From: a virus
Taxonomy: Duplodnaviria > Caudoviricetes
Length of the DNA stretch: 64,000 bases
Strand: one strand, 5' to 3'
IMG/VR virus record: IMGVR_UViG_3300036798_000278
Coordinates: 1,546-65,545 of that record
The notes under the pieces were generated by a model. That model did not search any database. It was not told the DNA's origin and saw nothing but the letters and a program-made list of their open reading frames with translations. The translations under genes and the position numbers were made by a program. Below, piece by piece: positions 18,821 to 27,767 of this stretch; the stretch's first letter is position 1, and each line of letters opens with the position of its first letter.

Positions 18821-21702
18821 GGCGTCGCCTCATCCTCATCCTTTCGCTGCTGCTCGTCTCCGGCGCGGCGGCTGCGGGGTTCTTCCGCGGCGGTCTTCAG
18901 CCGAGTTCCGTCGCGACAATCACGTCCGTCACGGTTACCCCAGGCAACTTCCTTGGCGGCTCGGCGGACGGCACATCTGCCGGGGCAATCGCGGTCAATC
19001 TTTCGATGGGGTCTTTCACCGGGACCATCGCCATCGGCTCAGGCGGGCAGGGAACTGACTTCCGCCTGTCCTCTACCACGCCGCCGGCCAATCTCCTACT
19101 CAACGGGACGCAGGCGGCGGGCAGCTACACGGCAAACATCGTGCCCACCCAGGCGGGTCTAGGCAACAGCGGGACGGCATTCCCGGTCACCATCACCGGC
19201 ACAGCCGGGCAAACCATAGCTTCGATCACCCCGACCAGCTGTTCCTTCACTTCCGGGGCGCAGAACGGCGCAGTCTGCAATCTCGCCGTTACGATGTCGC
19301 CGACCTCGCCCGCCTCGACGGCGGCGCTGTCCCTTACGGGAGCCAATTCCGGCGGCTTCCACCTATCCGGAGCCGGGTGTTCGAATATCTCGTTAGGGAC
19401 CTGCACGATCGAGCAGAGCACGGCGGCCGGCGGGACGCCATCCGGAAATTATTCAGATGTCAGCGCGGTCGCGACACAGGGGGTTTTTGTCGGGCTCCCG
19501 GCCGGCCGGGATGCCAGTACGAATTGGCGGACGGCAGGACTGCAATCGATAGCCGGCATCCCGGCCCGCAATACCCAGTGCGGCTCGACCGTCAACCCGA
19601 TCGGTAGCGGCTCCGACGATACTGCTGCTATCAACAGCGCGATTAGTTCCTGTACGGCAGGGGATTTTGTAAACCTGGGCTCAGGCACCTTCACGATCGC
19701 CGAGGGCCATTTCCCCACTATTAACAAAGGTATAACGGTTCGTGGCCAGGGAGCGGGGGTTACAATCCTGAACCGGCCGACCGGAGTCGGTACTTGGCAA
19801 ACCAACAACGCTACCTTCAGCGGCAGCATCTCAGGCACGACGCTCACCATAGACGCCTCTCCTACGCCGTTCGGCACGATCGTTTGCGGGGGCGCGCACC
19901 CGTCATTTATCGGTGGGGGCGGAGTTACCGCCGGGACGACATGCTCGGCGATTATCTCAGGCTCGGGAGCGGCCGGGACTTACACCGTCAATCACTCGCA
20001 GACCGTTGCTGACGAAGCCCTGACGGGAACACAGTGCGATCAATCTCAAGCATGGGGCGCGACCATTGGGTGTGGCATTCCCGGCAACAATGCAACTCCG
20101 GTTGTGCTTCTAGGAAAGGGGCTTCCTACAGCCTCAGCGACGACGACATTGGCGGCCAATGGAAACCACGGGGCCACCACGATTCAGTTGACCAGCACGA
20201 CCGGCTTCCAGGTTGGGGGTCTCGCGCACATAGACCAGCTTGCATTCGGACAAAACACATCCGACCCGGCGTTTAACAGTGGCACTGGACATGTTTGGAT
20301 GGCTGCGGACGCGTCGGTCACGTGGAATGATCACAACCCGGCGGTTTCGTTCTACGACTCCTCGTGCCTCGGGTACGGCCTGGAGGCGGGGGTGGCGTGC
20401 AGTCCAAACCTGTTCGCGTCGGCTCCCGCGGGCGGTGACGAATGCGCCTACTCCATCCGTTGCGGCGGCGTCCAAGAAGAGGACCACCTGATCACAGCTA
20501 TCGGTGCCGGCCCGTGCCCTGGCGCTGCATGTACGATAACCTTTGATAGCCCCTTGATGAATACATACACAACCGCAAACAGTGCTGGGGCTGTGTCTTG
20601 GCAGACCACTGCGTTTGCTCAACAGGCGGGTCTGGAGAACCTCACGGTCCAGAACGGTGACAATAACAATGTCGAAGTGCAGGGGTGTGTATACTGCTGG
20701 TCGACGGGGGTCGAGGACACCAATTGGCTCGGGCATGGTTTTTCTCTAGATCAGGCGGCATTCCGTTTCGAGCTTGATAACTTCTGGAGCCACAATGCCG
20801 CGTGGCCGTCACCAGGCGGTGGAGGCTATTCTATCGCGCTGACGTTCGGGGTGTCTGAGTGCCTGATCCAAAACGGCATCTCGATGCTGGCGAACAAGGT
20901 AATGGTTGTTCGTGCAAGCGGCGCCGGCTGTGTAGCCGCCTACAACTACATGGACGACAGCTATATATTCTACGATTTGCAATGGCAGGAAATTGGCATG
21001 AACGCCAGCCACCTTGCTGGTTCTCAGTTCATGCTTTTCGAGGGTAACTACTCTGTCAACTACGATGAAGACTCGACCCACGGCAGCGTGGGCCATCACA
21101 CTCTGCTGCGCAACTATGCGACTGGTTATCGTGCGCCGTTTACCGCGATCACCGGGGCTTCGGTCGACGACAAGGCCAACGTCCCCGGCGGCAATGCGGT
21201 GAAGCGCTGTTTCGCCGCCAATATGTATACGGGCTGGATGAGCTACATCGGGAATATCTGCGGCAGCTCGGCGAGTGACAGCAACACTTGGACGCTTAGC
21301 AGCAATCTCGGCGGCAGCAACCCGATTGTCTTCTCCTACGGTTGGAACCCTACATCCGTCGGCGGATCCGGCCCTGATAACGTGGTTGGAACGGTTTATC
21401 CTGGAACTCCGACGGGCACTTACGCGGCCTCGTGCCTGACCGACGCCGATCCCTGCACGACAATTTCAACCGGGAACTACGAGTACCACCCAAACGGCAC
21501 GATCCATTGGGACACACGCGGACCGATGACAATCCCGAATTCCTTCTATCTCGGGAGCAAGCCGTCGTTCTTTGGCGCCAACGCCTGGCCTCCGATTGAT
21601 CCAACCGGCCCGACGGTTGGTGTAATCCCGGCTCAAGCCCGGTGGGCCGCGTGCGTCGCTGCCGGAACGATTACCGCTCACTGTATCTTCAACTTGCCAT
21701 GA
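18817..21702 (+). CDS. Secreted tailspike-like beta-helix (pectate-lyase-like) protein with N-terminal cadherin/Ig-like repeats
   Basis: MRRRLILILSLLLVSGAAAA|GF; GSDDTAAINSAI...V.LGSGTFTI...I..GITVRGQGAG.TIL beta-helix start; ATGA overlap. Confidence 0.8.
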   Translation: MRRRLILILSLLLVSGAAAAGFFRGGLQPSSVATITSVTVTPGNFLGGSADGTSAGAIAVNLSMGSFTGTIAIGSGGQGTDFRLSSTTPPANLLLNGTQAAGSYTANIVPTQAGLGNSGTAFPVTITGTAGQTIASITPTSCSFTSGAQNGAVCNLAVTMSPTSPASTAALSLTGANSGGFHLSGAGCSNISLGTCTIEQSTAAGGTPSGNYSDVSAVATQGVFVGLPAGRDASTNWRTAGLQSIAGIPARNTQCGSTVNPIGSGSDDTAAINSAISSCTAGDFVNLGSGTFTIAEGHFPTINKGITVRGQGAGVTILNRPTGVGTWQTNNATFSGSISGTTLTIDASPTPFGTIVCGGAHPSFIGGGGVTAGTTCSAIISGSGAAGTYTVNHSQTVADEALTGTQCDQSQAWGATIGCGIPGNNATPVVLLGKGLPTASATTTLAANGNHGATTIQLTSTTGFQVGGLAHIDQLAFGQNTSDPAFNSGTGHVWMAADASVTWNDHNPAVSFYDSSCLGYGLEAGVACSPNLFASAPAGGDECAYSIRCGGVQEEDHLITAIGAGPCPGAACTITFDSPLMNTYTTANSAGAVSWQTTAFAQQAGLENLTVQNGDNNNVEVQGCVYCWSTGVEDTNWLGHGFSLDQAAFRFELDNFWSHNAAWPSPGGGGYSIALTFGVSECLIQNGISMLANKVMVVRASGAGCVAAYNYMDDSYIFYDLQWQEIGMNASHLAGSQFMLFEGNYSVNYDEDSTHGSVGHHTLLRNYATGYRAPFTAITGASVDDKANVPGGNAVKRCFAANMYTGWMSYIGNICGSSASDSNTWTLSSNLGGSNPIVFSYGWNPTSVGGSGPDNVVGTVYPGTPTGTYAASCLTDADPCTTISTGNYEYHPNGTIHWDTRGPMTIPNSFYLGSKPSFFGANAWPPIDPTGPTVGVIPAQARWAACVAAGTITAHCIFNLP

Positions 21703-24700
21703 TGATGCGCAGTAATCAGTTACTTTTCGCCGCCTTTGTTCTGCTGTGGGCCTTTGGCGCAAGTGCGCAAATCTCCAATTCACCCTTCACCCAGAGCCTC
21801 AACCTCAATGGCAGCGGGACGCCGCCCACGATCTCATCGGTTGGCTCGACGAACTACACCTTCGCGGCGCAGGCGGGCAATGCCAACTCGACGATCGGCG
21901 CGCTCTCCGTTGCGGTGTCGAGCGGGGCGTTCGGGGGCGCGCTGGCGCTGGCGACGTCAGGCGCATGCACCGGCACGAACAATGGGCTGTTCGCGATCAG
22001 CGGATCGACTCTGCAGATTGGCGCGAGCGATATCACGACGCCGGCCACGTACAGCATTTGCGTGCGCGCGACCGATGCAACCTTCACCAACTCGCCCTAC
22101 TATCAGGCTCTCACGCTGACCGGGACCGGCGCGGGTCTGGTGGTTACAACCTTCACGTTCACGAATGATACCGCAAGCACGCTCCCGGCCGGAACGCCCG
22201 TCAGCTTCGGTCAGGGGTTCCGCTACGGCGATATCATGCCGGGCACCTATCCGCTGATTGTTGACCCGGCCAACAGCAACGCGCCGTTAGCGGGTCAGCA
22301 ATGGGACGAGATCGCGACCTTCAACGAGAACGGCGGCAACGGCTCGTGGCGTCATGCGGTGTGGGCGGCGTGGCTGCCCGCCAGCCTTGCGGCCGGAGCG
22401 ACGAAGCAGCTCGGGTTCCTCACTACGACAGGAACCTATTCGGAGAGCTCGCGCCAGCCTCTCTCCGCATTGTGCAGTGGCGCTGCGTCTCATGACCTGA
22501 AGATCCACTTGACCGACGTGCGCAACCAGAACGACACCGTGCGCGACTCGGGCAATGCAACATTCGATATTTGCAGCAACATCGGCAACACTGGGCGCGA
22601 TGCTCCCCGTCACGTCCGCGCCGGCAATGTTTATGACGAATACATCGTCTCAGGAATGCCCCTCTACACCAGCGGGCACTATGACCCGCTGCTCTATGTG
22701 CAGTGCAACGTTGACATCTTCACCAAAGCCTCCGACGGCGCTTCGGCGGGCGATGTGCGGTGGGTCTGCCACATGCACAATTCTTGGGAGAACGTCACGT
22801 CCGGCAGCACCGGAAATGCCGGCAATCCCGGTCCCGTCGGGTTCGCCAACGATCCGCAGGCCGTCTCCTACCGTGCCGAAATCGACGACGGCGCGAGCGA
22901 CGTGCTGGATTGGAGCAATCTCGACGCGACGGTTGCGAGCACCAGTAACCCGGTCGTGAATGCCGCGAGCAACGGCTGCAATCACCAAGGCGAAACGGTG
23001 TGCTTGTACGTGCCGTCCTCGCTCGGCGCAAACACCTGGTACACCGGGCAGGCGACGCGGGTATCCTCGACCGGAACCCCGGTGGCCGGGCTCACCAACG
23101 GTCAGCTCTACTATGTCTGGCCGTCGAGCAGTGCGACCATTGCGCCCCCCAACACGCAGTACGTGTCATTGGGGACCACGCCCTATGTGGACCAGTTCCC
23201 GATGACTTCCTCGCAAGGCAGCGGCACCACGACGTTCTCGACGCGGGTGCAGCATTATCATTTCGAGACGTGGCAGACGCTCGACTGGACCGGGCAGGAC
23301 AATTGGGCGCCCTTCGGCACGACGACGCGGGTCACGCGGAAGGTCTATCCCGCCCTCACTCCAACGGAGATGCGCTACTGGGAGCAGAGCGGGCTCGTCA
23401 TCCCGATGAACCTGTCGCAGCCGACCCCTAATTTCGCAACGATCTGGGGCGACGGGTTGGGTACGAATTACGAGCCTTTCGGTCGGCTGAACGTGATCGG
23501 AGGCGGCGCGGTCGGTCCGCGGCCCGATTTGGGGATCGTCAACGAGTGGTCGAACAAGGCATTCATCACCCAGGCGCAGGCGGATTGGGACAATGCCCGC
23601 CTGTTCACGCTCGGCACGTCGATGCACGGGTACAGCACCTTGCTCGATGAGTCCACCGGACGCATTTCGCCGCTCAACAACGGCCCTCCCACGGGGGCCG
23701 GCGGCAACGGCAACGGCGGCACCTATGCCGGGCTCGGCGCCCTGCGGAACCAGATAAATTGGATCGGGGTGCCGGCGACGGTGACCGGTATCGCCAACCC
23801 CGACCACAATGACCCGTCGACGTCGGTGGCCGACATTGCCGGCGGCACGATGAATTACGGCACCCAGCTCGACCACATGCCGGCATTCGACGGTTTTACC
23901 TACATGATATTTGGGGATCGGCATTTTCTGGACATGATGCAGTGGCACGGCAACCGCGACTTCGCGCAACAGCGAGTCGGGCCGGGACCGGAGTTGGGGC
24001 AAGGGTATTACCGGGACAACAATGCGAAGTACACCGACGGCAACACATATCACTACTACGGCCTCACGACGGTCTGCTTCCAGGGAAGCGGGTGCGCGTG
24101 GCTTACCCGCGACGTGCTCAATGCTGCCGCCTTCGGGGCCGACAACAGTCCCGAGCGGCAATTGTTCAACGATATGATCACCGAGACGGGTAATTATTGG
24201 CCGCTGTTCCTGGCCTACCGCGACGGGCCCGGCAGCGCAGGTTATAGTCTCTCGATCTATCCGCCCGGCGAGCCCGACACGAGCGGCGCGGGCATCTTGA
24301 ATTCAACTCAGGCGATGACCTACGACGCCAGTGTGGCCTATGAAGGGGCCGCGTGGCTTCATACTCCTGTCTTCAATACGTGGAATTCAAAATTACAACG
24401 ATACATGGAGGGAGTGTGCGGCCAGCAACTCCCCGGCACGATCTCGGATTTTTACTGTACCGACCAAATGACGCAGCCGCAGATCGCCAACGGCAACGGC
24501 GTGCAGACGGGATTTGGCGGCAATGTCGGTCAGTATATGAACGGCACCGACGCTTCCGAGTTTGGAAATTACAGCCTCGGCAGCTCCGGAATGCCAATCA
24601 AGTCCAATGGACAGATGGAGTTTAACGGTTATCCGCCGCTCCAGAGCGGCGATACGATGAAATTTATTTACAATGGGTGGTCTGGTTCCGCGGACGTACC

Positions 24701-27700
24701 CATCGACCAACTCGCCGGCTCCCGCTGGTTCCCGATTATCAATATAGACAATTCCGGCAGTTCCGGGTGGTCGCACACCTTTTCCTTACAGTGCAACACG
24801 GCGGATCACACGACATGGCCGACGCAATGCCCGACGGCCGGCGGACCATTCACGGGCTTTACGCGCGGCGGCGTCCCGTTATCGGGGGTTAGCGCGCCAT
24901 ACTTCCCTAAGCTCCGGCTCACTTTCGATCCCGGCGCCGGGGTTGGCTATGTCAACAACAACTATTCGCAATACGCCGGACAGACCATCAACGGCCTCGC
25001 GATTCTTGGGTACTCGGTTCCGCATGCGCAAGCCAGTCTCGCAAATCGCTGCACGGCCAGCCCAGGAGCGGTCTGCTACAGCTCCACAATGCCGAGCTTC
25101 TGGTGGGACTCCTCGATCGTGGTTCCCGGACTGCCGCTGCCGATCAATACGGCGGAGTGGAAGCTGACGTCGGGGAGCGTGTCAGGGACCACCGTCGCGG
25201 ATTATTCGGCTGGAGACAATCCCGCCACGGTAACCAACGGCCCGCTGACCTTTGGGGCCTTGGGCGCCAACTTCAACGGCACTTCGCAGTATCTAGACAA
25301 CTCGACACTGAAGCCGAACACATCAGCCCTGACGGTCTCGGCGTGGTTCAGTCCCGCCAGCCTTAGCGGCAACCCGAGGCTCGTCGCCAATTCTCAGACC
25401 GACGTTGACCATAAGGGCTTCCAGCTCATGTTCAACGTCGGTGACGGTCCCAACACGGGGTTTTGCGATGTCGGCAACGGCACCGCGGAGGGCAAAGCAA
25501 CCTGGTCGCAGCAGATCTCCATTGGAGCTTGGTATCACTACGCCTGCGTCTATGACGGCGCGACCGTAAAAGCGTACATCAATGGGGTTCAGGTGGCGTC
25601 CACGGCGTTTGCCGGAGGAGCCATCGCTGCGGGCACCGGTCCGGACATCAATGTTGGGCGCAACCCGGCCTACGCCGGCGACTACTTCAACGGCGCCATC
25701 TACGATGTGCAGATCAAAGAGCAAGCCCTCTCGGCCAACCAGGTCCTGGCGCTATACAATGGGACGACGCCGCCGGCGCCCGCCGCCATGGCCTGCGACA
25801 TCGGACCGCCCTACACCGGACCGATCCCTGCCGCCGCACAGCAGGCCGGCTTTACGCACTGCGGCGCCAACTACGATTTCACGTACACCGGAAATTTCAC
25901 CAACACTATCGCGGGCACCGCGTACACGTATAATTGGGGCAATATGTCCACGTGGTTTACCTGCAACAGCGGCGGCGGCGCCCCGTACCTCATGATTTAC
26001 GGCGAGAACACAAATGTCGGATGCGACCAGAGCCATCAACACATTGCCACTGATAGTGGAGTCCAAACATTTGCCCTGACCTATCTGCAATCGGATGCGG
26101 CGGCGGGTCATTATATAGCTAGACTTGAGACACAGGGCAATGGTGCCACCGCCACCTTTAATATGGCGCCGGAGTATTACATAGAATATGTGAAGAGACA
26201 GGACCAGACTACCAGCTGTGCAGGTAATTTCTGCGGGATCAACGCGCTCAGCACTTTCACTAGGGTAGGGGGGGCGCCGTGCTTCATCGGGACCGACATG
26301 GAGTGGGACAGCGGCGCGTCCGGCACCGGCGTTGGGCAAAGCTGGTGGAATATCAGCTGCCCCGGTGGCGCGAGCTACAACGGCACAGTTGCCCCCGGCG
26401 CCACAAGTGCCTCGCCCGTTAACGGGGCCATCGATACGAACGTGCAAACCTGGGGAAATTTGACGACCGGAGACGGTGTCAGCGTAATGGCGTCGTGTAA
26501 CTACTCCGCAGACGGCGCGATCAATGGCCTTACGGCTTCGTCATTTCATAGTTGTTTCTCGAATACTGTTGTGCCGCCGTTTGCCGGCGCTGGTGTGTTT
26601 TCGCAAGGCCAGCCACTGTATATGTATATGTTTGGGGGAGAGGATAATAATCAAGTTCCTTTGAGCGTTCCGTCAGTAACGACATACATGCAGCGTATTA
26701 CCGTGTGGGAATGTCCCGGCTATAAAACCGGCGCGTGCATTACCAACCCGGCGGTAACGACCGCGCCGCCAAGCGGCGGTTCCTCTGTCTGTAATAGCCC
26801 CGCCGTACCTCATCCGGCACAGGCGGTCGGCTTCACGACGCTCGCGTACTGCGCCGACTTCACCCAGCAGGCGGCCACGAACAACGTGATCAACGGGGCC
26901 GCCCAAACAATGAACTGGACCGCCACGACAGGCGGTAATTTAAATTGGATGGACTGCAATGGGGCAACAAATTCGCCCCGTGTAGGGCCAATCGCCGGTA
27001 AGCAGTGGATCCCCTTCTCCCTCGGTATAGGTCCAGCAAGCATACCTTGCGGCGCCTTTTCGGTGGCTCCCGATACGGCATCCGGCGTCAATGCCTTGCA
27101 GCTAACGGCGATTCCTTCCTACGGAAATACCCTCGTTCAAATGAGCACGGGGATTGACTCTTGCAGCACGTCCACAAATCCCTGCTATGAGGTCTTTCCC
27201 ACTACTAATCTTTACGCCGAGATCAGCTGGCGGCTAGGCTCGACCAACCTCAGCAACTTCACCAGCACCGGCAATGTCGTGGCTGATTTTTGGTCGTGGT
27301 ATGCCAACACGACAACAAATGCCGGGTGTCTTGAAATCGACTTTATTGAATACTTTAACTTTGCTCCCAAAGGGCCAGGGTATGCCGTAGGATGCAAGCC
27401 GACGATAGCCGGCGGAACCGCAAGCGATACATATACCCTCGACGCTAATTACCACACACTAGGAACTCTGGTATCCTCAAATGGCACAAACTTTTCAACG
27501 GCGTGCGTGTATAAGGACGGCGTTGAAACGATGACTAGCAACCAGTGTACCACAGCGTCTGGGGGCAGCAGTGAAGTTTACACCCAGCAGGGTTATTTGG
27601 TGCTAATGAATGCCGCAGATTGGCCCACCGCCTTGAGTAGCGGATCATACAATGTTGATATAGCGTGGATAAGAATCTGGTCGTGCGCCGGGTGGAACAC

Positions 27701-27767
27701 TACGGGGAATCCGGCGACGACCAGCAATACCTGCTCTGTGGCATCGCCCCCCACGACGCCGCCATGA
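21699..27767 (+). CDS. Giant (2022 aa) secreted multi-domain glycan-binding/degrading protein: cadherin-like, PcRGLX-like, LamG and two GH16-like domains
   Basis: MMMRSNQLLFAAFVLLWAFGASA|QI; TPVSFGQGFRYGDI...GSWRHAV (lyase N-domain-like); WYHYACVYDG..VKAYINGVQ...FNGAIYDVQI (LamG); EIDFIE GH16 motif at 27333-27350. Confidence 0.8.
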   Translation: MMMRSNQLLFAAFVLLWAFGASAQISNSPFTQSLNLNGSGTPPTISSVGSTNYTFAAQAGNANSTIGALSVAVSSGAFGGALALATSGACTGTNNGLFAISGSTLQIGASDITTPATYSICVRATDATFTNSPYYQALTLTGTGAGLVVTTFTFTNDTASTLPAGTPVSFGQGFRYGDIMPGTYPLIVDPANSNAPLAGQQWDEIATFNENGGNGSWRHAVWAAWLPASLAAGATKQLGFLTTTGTYSESSRQPLSALCSGAASHDLKIHLTDVRNQNDTVRDSGNATFDICSNIGNTGRDAPRHVRAGNVYDEYIVSGMPLYTSGHYDPLLYVQCNVDIFTKASDGASAGDVRWVCHMHNSWENVTSGSTGNAGNPGPVGFANDPQAVSYRAEIDDGASDVLDWSNLDATVASTSNPVVNAASNGCNHQGETVCLYVPSSLGANTWYTGQATRVSSTGTPVAGLTNGQLYYVWPSSSATIAPPNTQYVSLGTTPYVDQFPMTSSQGSGTTTFSTRVQHYHFETWQTLDWTGQDNWAPFGTTTRVTRKVYPALTPTEMRYWEQSGLVIPMNLSQPTPNFATIWGDGLGTNYEPFGRLNVIGGGAVGPRPDLGIVNEWSNKAFITQAQADWDNARLFTLGTSMHGYSTLLDESTGRISPLNNGPPTGAGGNGNGGTYAGLGALRNQINWIGVPATVTGIANPDHNDPSTSVADIAGGTMNYGTQLDHMPAFDGFTYMIFGDRHFLDMMQWHGNRDFAQQRVGPGPELGQGYYRDNNAKYTDGNTYHYYGLTTVCFQGSGCAWLTRDVLNAAAFGADNSPERQLFNDMITETGNYWPLFLAYRDGPGSAGYSLSIYPPGEPDTSGAGILNSTQAMTYDASVAYEGAAWLHTPVFNTWNSKLQRYMEGVCGQQLPGTISDFYCTDQMTQPQIANGNGVQTGFGGNVGQYMNGTDASEFGNYSLGSSGMPIKSNGQMEFNGYPPLQSGDTMKFIYNGWSGSADVPIDQLAGSRWFPIINIDNSGSSGWSHTFSLQCNTADHTTWPTQCPTAGGPFTGFTRGGVPLSGVSAPYFPKLRLTFDPGAGVGYVNNNYSQYAGQTINGLAILGYSVPHAQASLANRCTASPGAVCYSSTMPSFWWDSSIVVPGLPLPINTAEWKLTSGSVSGTTVADYSAGDNPATVTNGPLTFGALGANFNGTSQYLDNSTLKPNTSALTVSAWFSPASLSGNPRLVANSQTDVDHKGFQLMFNVGDGPNTGFCDVGNGTAEGKATWSQQISIGAWYHYACVYDGATVKAYINGVQVASTAFAGGAIAAGTGPDINVGRNPAYAGDYFNGAIYDVQIKEQALSANQVLALYNGTTPPAPAAMACDIGPPYTGPIPAAAQQAGFTHCGANYDFTYTGNFTNTIAGTAYTYNWGNMSTWFTCNSGGGAPYLMIYGENTNVGCDQSHQHIATDSGVQTFALTYLQSDAAAGHYIARLETQGNGATATFNMAPEYYIEYVKRQDQTTSCAGNFCGINALSTFTRVGGAPCFIGTDMEWDSGASGTGVGQSWWNISCPGGASYNGTVAPGATSASPVNGAIDTNVQTWGNLTTGDGVSVMASCNYSADGAINGLTASSFHSCFSNTVVPPFAGAGVFSQGQPLYMYMFGGEDNNQVPLSVPSVTTYMQRITVWECPGYKTGACITNPAVTTAPPSGGSSVCNSPAVPHPAQAVGFTTLAYCADFTQQAATNNVINGAAQTMNWTATTGGNLNWMDCNGATNSPRVGPIAGKQWIPFSLGIGPASIPCGAFSVAPDTASGVNALQLTAIPSYGNTLVQMSTGIDSCSTSTNPCYEVFPTTNLYAEISWRLGSTNLSNFTSTGNVVADFWSWYANTTTNAGCLEIDFIEYFNFAPKGPGYAVGCKPTIAGGTASDTYTLDANYHTLGTLVSSNGTNFSTACVYKDGVETMTSNQCTTASGGSSEVYTQQGYLVLMNAADWPTALSSGSYNVDIAWIRIWSCAGWNTTGNPATTSNTCSVASPPTTPP

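Noticed and set aside
23166-24161. Long antisense and alternate-frame ORFs in the track (e.g. 23166..24161, 2199..2975, 4133..4951, 37477..38205, 43566..43973)
   Set aside because: These are shadow ORFs typical of GC-rich coding DNA: Arg/Pro-biased, no RBS, and overlapping well-supported genes.
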